Source: Azolla caroliniana
Taxonomy: Eukaryota > Plantae > Polypodiophyta
Direction of reading: 5' to 3'
DNA length: 64,000 nt
NCBI GenBank assembly: GCA_043228905.1
Contig: JBHGNT010000036.1
Location: forward strand, 217,520-281,519
This document shows, one piece after another, positions 1 through 11,284 of this stretch. Made by a program: the position numbers and the translations under genes. Within the stretch, counting starts at the first letter, position 1. Each line of letters starts with the position of its first letter. The notes beneath the pieces were generated by a model that ran no database searches, was not told the origin of the DNA, and saw only the letters and a list, made by a program, of their open reading frames with translations.

Positions 1-994
1 TTGCCATGAATCTTTCAATGCTGCTAGACAATCTATTATTGGGATCTTGATATTGATTAAGTTGAGTGTAATTGGTTTTTTCAATCCAGATTCATAAACT
101 TTATGGCAAGGATGGTTGCATGATATGGCTAGGACCCTTAAGATCCAGAGTCAAAATCCCTAAAAGATCTATGTTACTTTGAATTAAGATACAAGTGGCC
201 ACTTTGACTTGCGTTAATTGCTTATTGTTATTGTGACAATTACAATAGTTACTATATGGGAAGTTTCTTGTTTCCCCTTTGTTTTTGGGAATTGTTTTTA
301 TAAGAACGTTAGATAACGTCAAAGCTCACTTAGGGGAATAATGATCTTAAACAAGTGAGTACCAAGTGCCAAACCAATTCCATAGAGCAATAGATTGTGC
401 ATCCATGGGCCATAAGTTGAGGAACTCAAAACTGATGATGAGAGAATTGAGAAGATAGTTAGGTGGAATAATGATTAAGGACCACACTTATAAATTTTAT
501 AACCAATTGCATGAAAAAGGAACCCATTGACATTTCACAAACACAACATCGAATGTTTAGAGGAAAAAGGTCACCAAATTACAAGGATCAATTTTGTTAG
601 TCCTCATCATAATTTTTATGCCCAACGATTTAAACTATCCTAAAAAGCACAAAATCTAAACCCCAGAAAAAGCTTGGCCTAGGGAGCAACAGTTTGGGTC
701 TCCCCTTATGAAGTGTACGATATTTCCTCAAGATGTTTCTAATCCTTTCCTGGGCGAAGAGGAAACTTGGATGGAACTCAGACATCTAAAGAAGATGACG
801 AAATCATGCGGACACAAAACTGCTAGAGAGCAAAAGAAGAGGGATAAGAAGGTGAAGCCGAGAAGTATTATTTGAAGAATGCGTCTCTCTTCTTCATGTA
901 GCCAGAATTCGAAGCCATTTCTAATACTCACATATTATGTGTGTGTGAAACCTCAAAATCGATTCCCACACACATACTTTTTATTATTATCGTA

Positions 995-1066
995 GTTACC
1001 TTACCCTAATGGTAAGTTGTTAGCACTACAAGCACTACGTTGTGGGTTCGAAACCCAACTTCCTCA
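995..1066 (+). other. Degenerate tRNA-like (Pol III A/B-box) sequence, possible SINE head
   Basis: A-box-like TACCCTAATGG at 1002-1012 and B-box/T-loop GGTTCGAAACC at 1045-1055, at tRNA-like spacing. No convincing acceptor stem. Confidence 0.4.
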
Positions 1067-1116
1067 CCTCTTTATTATATACTTCTTATATATCTCTTAA
1101 TTCACTAGATGCCACT

Positions 1117-1190
1117 GTGGAATGTAGGGGTTGAACCCATGACCACCTGGTCTCCATTGGGCAACCTTACCAATTGAGCTACATCCATCT
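1117..1190 (-). other. Degenerate tRNA-like sequence, possible SINE head
   Basis: Reverse complement reads GGATGTAGCTCAATTGGTAAGG...GGGTTCAACCCCTACATTCCAC. A box TAGCTCAATTGG (1170-1181) and B box GGTTCAACCCC (1127-1137). Anticodon arm not canonical. Confidence 0.5.
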
Positions 1191-1237
1191 GGGCTCTCTC
1201 TCTCTCTCCTTTTTTCTCACCTCCTTTTCCACGCGTG

Positions 1238-1241
<4 letters not shown>

Positions 1242-1300
<59 letters not shown>
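1242..1300. repeat. (CT)n microsatellite at the 5' flank of the LINE
   Basis: About 29 perfect CT units. Shorter CT tracts at 1194-1208 and inside the following GTC/GCC-rich leader. Confidence 0.95.
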
Positions 1301-1301
<1 letters not shown>

Positions 1302-1775
1302 ACGGCTCTCTCTGTCGCTGTCGTCGTTGTCGCCGCTGTCGCCGTCACCGTCGCCGTCGTCTGCAGCCGTTGTCTGCAGCCGCTGCAACCGTCGCCGTCT
1401 GCTCTCTCTCTCTCTCTCGCTCGCTTCCTCGTCTCTCTCTGTCACCGGCTAGTGTCGTCGCCGTCGCCGTCGCCGTCGCTGCCGTTATCTGCGGCCGTCG
1501 CCGTCTGCCACCGTGCAGTCGTCCACCGTCAGCTGCCGCCGTCTGCCGTCGGCTGCCGTCGTCTACCGTCGTTTGACGACTGCCACCGTCACGGGGTGTT
1601 TTCTTCTCCGTTCTTGATGTGGTGAAGTACCTTTTTCTCGACGAGTTCGTGGGTGGGTTCTTTTGGTGTGCTCGTCCCGTGCTACAAAATGCCGATGTGA
1701 TTGCGACACACACACAAACTCGGCTAAGTCTCGAACCCATTTATTTTACCTTCTTTTTTTCTTATTGACACCACA

Positions 1776-2588
1776 ATGACGTCTAGACGGACTAAGGAAC
1801 TTAAGGATATACAAGACGAGGCTATAAGTAAGGAGGACTTTTTAGATATGTTTAATCGTTTAACAAAAATAGAGATGGATATGAAAAAATGGGTGAAAGA
1901 CACCGAAACCTACAAGAAAAAAGATAGAGAGGAAAAAGATGCCCTCAAGGCCGAAATAGAACAACTTAAAGTAGAAAACATCGACCTTAAAAAACAACTT
2001 AAGGACATCGAGGTATCTCGAGAAGACGATGAAATATCCTCTATAGAGGATATAAAGGACGAAATTAAAAAAATTAAAGAGGAAGTTAATAATAACATAG
2101 AGTTAGCTAAAATGGGTTGGGTAGATGTGGTTAAAAGAAACATTAAAAAAGAAATAAAAGAGGAAAATATTGTTAACACCACCCTTGAAGAAGAGAAAAT
2201 GCGTCAGGCCCGACGCTTAAATGTACGTGTCACTGGGCTCAAGGAAGGTGCATCCCCAAATGAGGACGCACAAACACTTGGGAAAATGTTAGGGTATACA
2301 GAGGCCCTACCTATCACCAAAGCATGGAGGGCCGGGCGTGACACAACTAGGAAGAGAGCCTTAGTCCTTCAATTTAAAGACTTAGACTCTAGAATCACTT
2401 TCTTTAAGAAGAGACCAATCCTTCGAGGAATGGATGGGGACCCCATCTATCTCGATGAAGACCTCACTAAGATGCAAATTGAGCATCGCAAGAGTTGTAT
2501 GCCACGAGTTATGCAAGCTCGTAAAGAAGGCCATCGCGCCTTTTACCGAGACGGGCGAGTGATCATAAATGATCGCACTACTAACTAA
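1776..2588 (+). CDS. LINE ORF1 protein (coiled coil plus RRM-like/CTD region)
   Basis: 270 aa. K/E-rich heptad N-terminus, then RRLNVRVTGLKE...RALVLQF...IYLDEDLT...FYRDGRVIIN, typical of LINE ORF1 proteins. Confidence 0.85.
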   Translation: MTSRRTKELKDIQDEAISKEDFLDMFNRLTKIEMDMKKWVKDTETYKKKDREEKDALKAEIEQLKVENIDLKKQLKDIEVSREDDEISSIEDIKDEIKKIKEEVNNNIELAKMGWVDVVKRNIKKEIKEENIVNTTLEEEKMRQARRLNVRVTGLKEGASPNEDAQTLGKMLGYTEALPITKAWRAGRDTTRKRALVLQFKDLDSRITFFKKRPILRGMDGDPIYLDEDLTKMQIEHRKSCMPRVMQARKEGHRAFYRDGRVIINDRTTN

Positions 2589-2624
2589 CGACGTGTGGCC
2601 CATGTGACAGAAAATGCACTTAGG

Positions 2625-5600
2625 ATGACCCTATGGAATTGTAATGGCGCACTCTGGGCACACCCCGGCCGCCTAGAGGAGATACTAAAGGTATCTGATA
2701 TACTTTTCTTGGTAGAAACACATCAGAGCCCAAATAGAGGACTCCCACGGGTCGAAGGATTCCGTTGGGAGTCCGCTTTTAGACAAACCTCACGTCGACA
2801 CACTACTAGGGGATCTGGAGGTGTCGCGATACTATTTCGTAGAGAGCTACATAATAGGATAGAAATAATGAAGATAGACCCAGAAGCTCGTTTTATGTGG
2901 GTGAAAGTCTCCACAAGCAAAGACCATGCAATATTTTTCGCCATTTGTTACTTTCCCCCAGAAGGATCCCGTTATAATATTAGTGGCTTGACGAGATTAG
3001 TCGATGAAGGAATGCCACATGGGCCTTCTCCATACGAACCCCTATTGGATGACATAATCCGATATTCTTCCCAAGGAGAAGTATTTCTTGTAGGAGACTT
3101 CAATGCGAGAACCCAATCCCGACAATGCACAGTATTTCAGATGAATAGAAACCTAGAAATGGTAAATGTTGATCCTTTAGACATAGGCACCACACGTAGA
3201 TCAAAGGATCAAGGTGCGGACGCCACGAGCTTTGGCCATCACCTGCTTGAACTTGGCAGTCGGCACCAGATGGTCATATATAATGGTTTAGCTAAGTGGC
3301 CGGGCTCGGAAGAGCTCACATGTTTCCCACATGGAGGAGGGGAAAGCACAGTTGACTATCTAATAGGGCGCCCGACAGCTACCCACTTGATTAACTCCTT
3401 CCGAGTGGCCCCATGCCCTATTGGCGCAGACCATAGCTTCTTATACTTCGAGCTAAAATGTGATATCTCTAAGGTCACCAAGTCTAGTCAACCATGCCAT
3501 CACACCACAATACATTTCACACATGAGCTCTCTGACATATACTCTCAACATGTTCAGGCCCATCTCCCCTCCATTGATCCCTCTCTACCGTTAGAAAGCC
3601 TTAGTACAAAACTCACACACATCCTTCACTCCGCAGCAGCTAGCAGTTTCCCATATACAAAACACTCAAATCAAGGTAGATCAGGATCAATGCCACAAAA
3701 TAAATGGTATGACGAGGATTGTAGGGACCTACATAGACAACTTACAGTATCGCAACTCAATGGTAGTATTACCTCCACACAAGCTCGCAAAGAAATGCGT
3801 AAGATGACACGTCGTAAGAGACGAGCGTGGGAGGCATCCCAATACTGGGAACTCTACCATATGCTCATGAGTAGCGATTGCGCCACGGCATGGAAGAGAC
3901 TACGGGAGCCAAGACCACAAACACCCATCGAAGATCCCGAAACTTGGCACACATATACAGAGAGACTTTACCAAATCCCAAACCAACCACCTTTTCCAAT
4001 GCCTTCCACACCCCGGCCTACCACGGGGACACTTTTCACGACCTCTAGGGTCATGAAGGTCATAAAGAAATTACAACATAGGAAGTCCATGGACCACACA
4101 GGATTGCGAGCAGAACACATTATATATGCGAGAGAGTGCCTAGCTCCCTTGCTAACTCTAATCTTCAATCGTGCCCTTGCGGAGGGTTTTCCACCACAGT
4201 GGACTATGAATACAGTGACCCCCATACATAAAGGGGGGGACCCCATGGACCCAAATACATATAGGACGATTATGATAGGCCATACCCTTGCTAAGTTATA
4301 TGGTGCAGTAATGGAAGCAGAGCTTAGCGACTACATGGAGACCCTAAACCTTCGTGCACCTGAACAAGCTGGCTTTAGACGAGCCTTCTCCACTATTGAT
4401 CACATCTTCACACTTAGATGCCTAATTGACCAAACTAGGGCTCGCAAGAAGAGATTATATTGTTGTTTTGTGGACTTCCGCAAAGCCTTTGACACAGTCC
4501 CTAGAGATCGGTTGTCTGATAGACTTAAAAGCTTGAGGATACCAGATGATATGGTATGGGCCATCTACGCACTATATGAACAAGTGTCCGGGTGTGTCCG
4601 ATGCCCAGGTGGCCTATCCAATCGTTTCACTAGCACTATTGGTGTAAAACAAGGTTGCCCCCTATCACCGACGCTTTTTGGGATCTACATTGATGAGATC
4701 ACAGATTTTATTGCTCGTGAGGGAGGCACCGGAGTGGTCCTTGGGGATACGCAGGTTCGTATCTTGCTCTATGCAGATGACATAGTTTTGCTCTCTGAAT
4801 CCGAACACGACCTACAGAGGCACCTCAATGCCTTAGATGACTTTTGTGTACAACGAGGATTGGTAGTGAATCTAGGGAAAACGAAAGTCCTTATCTTCCA
4901 CACATCGGCCCAAGTTAGAGCTAAGTGTCACCTAACTATCTCCCATAGCCCAGTCGAGGTGGTTGGATCGTACGTATATCTCGGAGTCACTTTTAGTGCC
5001 CGCTCAGGTAAATTTTCGATGACACAGGCAGCGAAGGATAGACTCACGAGAGGACATGCATCGCTCTCACTCCTAGAGAGACAATGCCACCAAGCACACT
5101 TTCAAGAGCCACGGACTAAAGGGTGGCTCTTTGACTCATTAGTGACCCCCTCCCTCATGTATGCATCTGCGGTTTGGGCTCCAGGATTACCATCCTTCAT
5201 GTGGACGCAATTAGAGAGACCATTGGTGATGATGCTATCACGCCAACTCCGAAGCAAATCGACTGTACCACATGACATTATTAGGGCCGAGTTCACGTTA
5301 CCCCCAATGCTAGTAGAGGCACTTTTTCAACTTGTAGTCTTTATTGATAGGATACATAGCCAACCACATGATAGAATATCTCATCAAGCCTTTAAGGCCT
5401 CTCGATCATTGTATGAGTCCGGCTATACTAGCTCATGGTATGGCATGATGGTGACTTGGCTTCTTGCGAATGGTCTAGACATTAATAACCTACCTCCCCT
5501 TAGGTACAACCACACGAGTGATAACACCTTAATCTCTCATGAGAACCGCAATAAAGTAATACGCCAAGAAATATGGCAAATTTACACTTGGTGTAAATGG

Positions 5601-6326
5601 ATCACCCCACTAGAGCCACTCCCATCTAAAATGTCGTACTATAAGAAACACTTCATGCACTTCTCTGAGTTAGGTTTTATCACACGGCCAAAATATCTAG
5701 ATGTATTCTTACCACATGCACTAAGGGTTGCCATTGGACAACTTAGAATATCGTCTCACCAACTTGAGATTGAAAATGGCCGTACTAGTGGAGTCCCTAG
5801 GGAGGAAAGGATATGTAGGTTATGTCACATAGAGATAGAGGATGAGTACCACTTTACTTGCAAGTGTCCAACCTATGCCGAGATAAGGGCAAAATACCAA
5901 GACATACTTGGTCCGTCTCCCACCCTCCCCAAACTATTAGATACTCTAGATATAAAGAAATTAGGCAAATACATTCTAGAGCTAAAACAACACAGAGAGA
6001 ATAAATTACAAAATGTTGACAATAATGTTGCTAATGATCACGAACATGTAACAAATGCAGTTTTTCAGGAACCTGAGGAGACAACGAATGCCGACACACT
6101 TGCACCACTCGGCCTTTCCATTGATGAGGCAGAAAACCAGAGAAGAACCAGACGTCCTTGGGTGCCGGGTTTCCAAACAACTCAACGTGATGTGGACGCA
6201 ATATTGAAAATAAGGGAACGTGAGCTACACCGCCTAGAAGCCATGGCTAGGGCACTCTCTACATTGGAACCCACATCAAGACCCTTTGACCCCCCACTTC
6301 TTTTCGAGAGGCTTGGGTGGAAATAA
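2625..6326 (+). CDS. LINE ORF2: AP endonuclease, reverse transcriptase, CCHC zinc finger
   Basis: Uninterrupted frame (open from 2595, first ATG at 2625). APE motifs WNCNG, LVET, GDFNAR, VDY, DH. RT motifs QAGFR, FVDFRKAFD, GVKQGCPLSP, LLYADD, YLG. Zinc finger CRLC..EDEYHFTCKC. Confidence 0.95.
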   Translation: MTLWNCNGALWAHPGRLEEILKVSDILFLVETHQSPNRGLPRVEGFRWESAFRQTSRRHTTRGSGGVAILFRRELHNRIEIMKIDPEARFMWVKVSTSKDHAIFFAICYFPPEGSRYNISGLTRLVDEGMPHGPSPYEPLLDDIIRYSSQGEVFLVGDFNARTQSRQCTVFQMNRNLEMVNVDPLDIGTTRRSKDQGADATSFGHHLLELGSRHQMVIYNGLAKWPGSEELTCFPHGGGESTVDYLIGRPTATHLINSFRVAPCPIGADHSFLYFELKCDISKVTKSSQPCHHTTIHFTHELSDIYSQHVQAHLPSIDPSLPLESLSTKLTHILHSAAASSFPYTKHSNQGRSGSMPQNKWYDEDCRDLHRQLTVSQLNGSITSTQARKEMRKMTRRKRRAWEASQYWELYHMLMSSDCATAWKRLREPRPQTPIEDPETWHTYTERLYQIPNQPPFPMPSTPRPTTGTLFTTSRVMKVIKKLQHRKSMDHTGLRAEHIIYARECLAPLLTLIFNRALAEGFPPQWTMNTVTPIHKGGDPMDPNTYRTIMIGHTLAKLYGAVMEAELSDYMETLNLRAPEQAGFRRAFSTIDHIFTLRCLIDQTRARKKRLYCCFVDFRKAFDTVPRDRLSDRLKSLRIPDDMVWAIYALYEQVSGCVRCPGGLSNRFTSTIGVKQGCPLSPTLFGIYIDEITDFIAREGGTGVVLGDTQVRILLYADDIVLLSESEHDLQRHLNALDDFCVQRGLVVNLGKTKVLIFHTSAQVRAKCHLTISHSPVEVVGSYVYLGVTFSARSGKFSMTQAAKDRLTRGHASLSLLERQCHQAHFQEPRTKGWLFDSLVTPSLMYASAVWAPGLPSFMWTQLERPLVMMLSRQLRSKSTVPHDIIRAEFTLPPMLVEALFQLVVFIDRIHSQPHDRISHQAFKASRSLYESGYTSSWYGMMVTWLLANGLDINNLPPLRYNHTSDNTLISHENRNKVIRQEIWQIYTWCKWITPLEPLPSKMSYYKKHFMHFSELGFITRPKYLDVFLPHALRVAIGQLRISSHQLEIENGRTSGVPREERICRLCHIEIEDEYHFTCKCPTYAEIRAKYQDILGPSPTLPKLLDTLDIKKLGKYILELKQHRENKLQNVDNNVANDHEHVTNAVFQEPEETTNADTLAPLGLSIDEAENQRRTRRPWVPGFQTTQRDVDAILKIRERELHRLEAMARALSTLEPTSRPFDPPLLFERLGWK

Positions 6327-6540
6327 AATTAGGCTTAGTGTATAGTCACTTTCGAGTATACTACATATTGTACACTACTAGAACTCTTTTAGTTTAAGTT
6401 CTATTTTTTTTTACTTAATTTTATTTTTAGTTATGATGACTGGATAAATACTCTATTGTTGTAAACCAATTGTCTCATGGGCCAAATTTGGCCTTAGAAG
6501 ACGTTAATACATCTTTCTTTCTTTCTTTCTTTCTCTCTCC

Positions 6541-7680
6541 CATCAAGCCTTTAAGGCTTCTCGAGCGCTGTATGAGTCCGATTATACTAGCTCATGGTAT
6601 GGCATGATGGTGAGTTGGCTTCTTGCCAACGGTCTAGACATTAATAACCTCCCCCCCCTTAAGTACGACCACACGACTGATAACACTTTAATCTCTCATG
6701 AGGACCGTAATAAAGTAATACGCCAAGAAATATGGCAAATTTATACTCGGCATAAATGGATCACCCCACTAGAGCCACTCCCATCTAAAATAAGGAACTC
6801 TTTATGCACTTCTCTAAGTTAGGTTTTATCACGTGACCAAGATATCTAGATGTATTCTTACCACATGCACTAAGGGTTGCCATTGGTCAACTTACAATAT
6901 CATCTCACCAACTTGAGATTGAGAATGGACGTACTAATGGAGTCCTTAGGGAGGAAAGGATATGTAGGTTATGCCACATAGAGATAGAGGATGAATACCA
7001 TTTTACATGCAAATGCCCCACCTATGCCGAGATAAGGGCAAAATACCAAGACATACTTGGTTCCTCTCCCACCCTTCCTAAACTATTAGATACACTAGAT
7101 ATAAAGAAATTAGGTAGATACATCTTAGAATTGAAACAACACAGAGAGAATAAGTTACAAAACGTTGATAATAATGTTGCTAATGTTTACCAACATGTAA
7201 CAAATGAAGTTTTTCAAGAATAGGGGGAGCCAATGAATGTCGACACACCTGCACCACTCGAGCTTTTCCTTGATGAAGCAGAAAAACAAAGAACCAAACG
7301 CCCTTGGATGCCGGGTTTCAAAGCAACTCGACGAGATGTAGAAGCAATAAAGAAAATAAGGGACCGTGAACTACACTGCCTAGAAGCCATGGCTAGGGCA
7401 CTCTATGCATCGGGACCATGGGTCACACCCACACCAAAAACTTTTGACCTCCCACTTCTTTTTGAGAGACTTGGGTGGAAATGAGATTAGGCTTAGTGCA
7501 AAGTTTTGTACACTACTAGAACTCTTTTAGCTTAAGCTATTTTCCATTATTTTAGTTTTGATGATTGGATAAACACTGATTTTTGTTGTAAACCAATTGT
7601 CTCATGGGCCAAATTTGGCCTTAAAAGACGTTAATATATCTTTCTTCTTTCTTTCTTCTCTCTCTCTCTCTCTCTCTCTT
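6541..7680 (+). mobile_element. 5'-truncated, decayed copy of the same LINE family
   Basis: Colinear with 5382-6540 of the first copy, starting at catcaagcctttaagg. Frameshifting deletion near 6790 and stop codons. Same 3' palindrome (7607-7620) and a CT/TTC tail. Confidence 0.92.
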
Positions 7681-7839
7681 CGGGAGACTTGTCCAATCAC
7701 AATGCAAGAATAGAAGCAAGGCTTTACACTTACAGGTTTCAACATCAATGGTAAGTTTATTTTCTTCCTCCTTTCTGCTCTCTCTCTCTCTCTCTCTCTC
7801 TCCTTGAGGCTTGTCCTCTACAAGAATAAAAGCAAGGCG

Positions 7840-7935
7840 TTTCACCTACAGATTTCAGCTCGGATATTTGAACGATATCATCACCCCTTTCACCTACAGA
7901 TTTCAGCTCGGATATTTGAACAATATCATCACCCC
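7840..7935. repeat. 48-bp tandem duplication
   Basis: tttcacctacagatttcagctcggatatttgaac(g/a)atatcatcacccc twice, one mismatch. Confidence 0.9.
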
Positions 7936-8238
7936 TTTACAAGCCTGCATCATCTCTTTGAAGGCATTTTAGGACCCAACAACACAGGTTTTTATCTCTT
8001 CTTCTTTTATATGTTAGTTTTTCTGGGGAAACCCCCCCTAATTTCTTGAAGCTGTAACCTTTTTATTTTGTCTTGTTGCCTATTCATGCTTTTCATTTTG
8101 GAAAACCTGAAATTTGAAACACATTGAATCCTACAAAAAACTAGTTTTGTTTTTGCCTTGTGGCGGGGTTTTGATATATTGTTGATCAAGCTAGAGTTGC
8201 ATTAGACATGAGTATTATAAGGTGAACAGGGCGCTCAT

Positions 8239-9120
8239 ATGGCAAATCTCGGCAAAAAGCATTGGGAAGCGGTGAAAGGTATTATGAGATACCTCAAAGG
8301 CACAAAGGACTTGTGTATTTGCTTTGGAAAGCAGAAGGCATCTGTCGTCGGTTTTACGGATGCGGACTATGCTGGTCACGCAGACTGCAGGAAGTCTACT
8401 TCAGGGTATGTGTTTACTTTCACAGGAGGAGCGGTCTCTTGGATCTCCAGACTACAAAAGTGTGTTGCATTGTCTACTACAAAGGTAGAGTATGTTGCTT
8501 CCAATGAGGCATGCAAAGAGGCTTTATGGATTTCATATCTAGTGAGAGATCTTGGCATTACAGAGTTACCTATTCTTCATTGTGACAGCCAGAGTGCTAT
8601 CATGCTAGCTCGGAATCCCATCTTTCATGCAAAGACGAAGCACATAGAGGTGAAGTATCACTTCATTAGAGATGTACTTGACAGCAAAAACATTGAGCTT
8701 GTCAAAGTACATACAAATAATAATCCTACAGATCTTCTCACGAAGGGTCTTCCAGCTGAACGATTTGCTCATTGCCGACAGATGATGAGAGTTGGATAGA
8801 TGTATGTATGTAGTTCAGGTTTGTACATACTTGGACTTAGCTGACTTTTTTTTTTGTTTTTTTCTTCTCACGGCACATTGCCTTTAGGTGGGAGGTTGTT
8901 GGGAATAAAGGGCCATCGTGCCTTTTATTAGTGCACGAGTGTGAACGCACTCGTAGCACACTTTTGACTTGTATATACATAATATCGAAAAACCAAAAAA
9001 GAGGTACACTCTTTGTACCCAAGACAACGTGCATCTCTCTCTCTCTCTCTCTGTGTCTCTCACTCAGACTCTCTCCCTCTCTGTTTTTGACCTAAACCCT
9101 AATCCTCGTGCTGCCTTCAA
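8239..9120 (+). mobile_element. Ty1/Copia (Tnt1-like) 3' fragment: RT end/RNase H, PPT, truncated 3' LTR
   Basis: ORF 8239-8799 has HWEAVKGIMRYLKGT, GFTDADYAG, CDSQSAI, KHIEVKYHFIR. Purine tract aggtgggagg followed by TGTTGGG at 8897. Confidence 0.85.
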
Positions 9121-11284
9121 GGGGATGTCCCACAGAGGGTGTGGACAGGAAAGAATGTGTCTTATCAGCATTTAAGGGTGTTTGGATGCTTGACCTATGT
9201 ACATGTTGCTAAAGATCAGAGGTCAAAGCTGGACAACAAGTCCAAGCCTTGTATATTCTTGGGGTACTCGGAAGATGAGTTTGGGTAGAGAATGTGGGAT
9301 CTCCTTGATAAGAAAGTGATAAGAAGTCGAGATGTTATATTCATGGAAGACAAGACAATCGGACACTGGAAGCAACAAAGACCAGAGTCGTCTTCCCAAT
9401 CGACTACTGTTTTGGAGTCAACACTAGTCGATCACTCCCACACAACCAGTCGGTAGACAACAGCTGGCTGATGAAGCCGAATTTGACTTGGCCGACACTC
9501 AATAGCAAATAGATGCACACGAATCAGAGTCGGATGATGAGCTGGTAGAAGAAACCGAATCTGAGTCAGTTGTTGAAGGAAGAAGATATCCACGAAGAAA
9601 AATGAAGACCTCTCGGTATCCAGCCAATCAATATATTCTCGACTGATGAAGGGGAACCAGAATGCTATGAAGAGGTCATGACTGATGTACATAAGGAGAA
9701 ATGGTGTAATGGATTCCTTGCATGAGAACCACACCTATGAGCTGATGGAGCCTGCTTGATGGAAAGAAGGCACTAAGAAACAAATGGGTCTACAAATTAA
9801 AAATTGGAGAAGACAGAAGTACACCTAGGTATAAGGCCCGTATTGTAGTGAAAGGTTTCCAACAGAAAAAGGGTGTTGATTTTGATGAGATTTTTGCTCC
9901 AGTAGTGAAGATGACCTCCATCCGGACTGTTTTGAGTATGGCTGCGAATATGAATCTGGAAATTGAACAATTGGATGTTAAAACAGCATGCTTGCATGGT
10001 GAGTTGGAAGAGGAAATCTATATGCAGCAGCCGGAGGGCTTTGAGGTGAAAGGAAAAGAAAATCTTGTATGTAGGTTGAGGAAGAGCTTGTATGAACTGG
10101 AACAAGCTCCTCGACAATGGTATAAGAAGTTTGAGTCCTTCATGTTGGAATATGGATTCCACAAAACACAAGCCGATCATTGTGTATTTGTGAAGAGGTA
10201 TGATGAAGGTGATTTTAGGATTCTTTTGTTGTATGTGGATGATATGTTGGTTGTTGGACAGAATGCTAAAAAGATTGCAAGCTTGAAGAAAGCCTTGAGC
10301 AAATCTTTTGCCATGAAAGACTTAGGACTGGCAAAACAAATTTTGGGAATGCATATAGTCCGGGACAGGACTAAAAACATGCTATGGCTGTCAGATATAT
10401 GTGACGAAAGTTTTGCAAAGGTTTAACATGCACAATGCGAAATGTGTTGGATCTCCATTGCCGGTGAATTGTAAGTTAAATTTAGGACAATGTTTGAAAA
10501 CTGAGAAAGATAAGGCAAAGGTGGCGTATGCCTCTGTTGTTGGGAGCCTAATGTATGCTATAGTCTGCACGAGGCCGGACATTGCATTTGCTGTTGGGAT
10601 AGTTAGTCACTACATGAGTAATCCTGGAAAGGAACATTGGGCAACCGTAAAATGGATACTCAGATACCTCAAAGGTACTTCGAGTGTATGCCTTAGATAT
10701 GGCTCCGGGAAACCTATGCTCGAACGTTTCACAGATTCTGATATGTCGAGTGATATAGATTCCGGTTGATCCACATCAGGGTATGTGATAACTTATTCAG
10801 GGTGAGCTGTGTCATGGCAATCAAGATTGCAAAAGGATGTGGCTTTGTCAACCACAGAGGCTGAATATATGGTTGCACTAGAAGCTGGAAAAGAATTAAT
10901 TTGGATGAGAGATTCTTTTAATGAACTAGGAATGAAACAAGAAACATTCGTACGTCATTGTGATAATCAAAGTGCTACTGATCTCGCTACGAATGCTGCC
11001 TATCACTCTCGTATAAAACACATTCAAAGAATGTATCATTGGTTGCGAGAGAGAGTAGAAGAATATGAGTTTGTCTTAGCGAAGATTCATACTGACGAAA
11101 ATGGATCAGACATGCTTACTAAAATCTTGCCTACGGAAAAACTTGTTGCGTGCCGACAAAAGGTTGGTTTGGTTGGCTCTTCCCCTACAGGAGTGAAGGG
11201 GGAGTTTGTTATGTAAGATTGTCCCTCCTTGTGGGGGAGTTGGCTGGCCAAATTCGGTTAGAAAGCCGAAATGGGATTTGGTCG
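9121..11284 (+). mobile_element. Second Tnt1-like Copia: decayed INT C-terminus/RT/RH and start of 3' LTR
   Basis: VPQRVWTGKNVSYQHLRVFGC (integrase end), FAPVVKMTSIR, QLDVKTA, LLYVDDML, CDNQSA, with frameshifts and stops. PPT gagtgaagggggag, then TG at 11207. Confidence 0.88.

Larger units (their letters stand above)
1301..6540 (+). mobile_element. Full-length non-LTR retrotransposon (LINE, RTEX-like clade)
   Basis: GC-rich leader, ORF1, ORF2 (APE+RT+CCHC), about 190-nt 3' UTR with a palindrome and a (TTTC)n/(TC)n tail. The 5' boundary is approximate. Clade inferred from the ORF2 C-terminal motif and the microsatellite tail. Confidence 0.85.

Noticed and set aside
101-931. Short minus-strand ORFs at the window start
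   Set aside because: No recognisable motif or supportable exon chain.
1235-1740. ORFs of 113 and 131 aa over the LINE leader
   Set aside because: Translations of CT and GTC/GCC repeats with no protein signature.
1301-7680. LINE tandem as a HeT-A/TART-like telomere-maintenance array
   Set aside because: It lies more than 40 kb from any telomeric tract, and the end carries a normal telomerase-type array.
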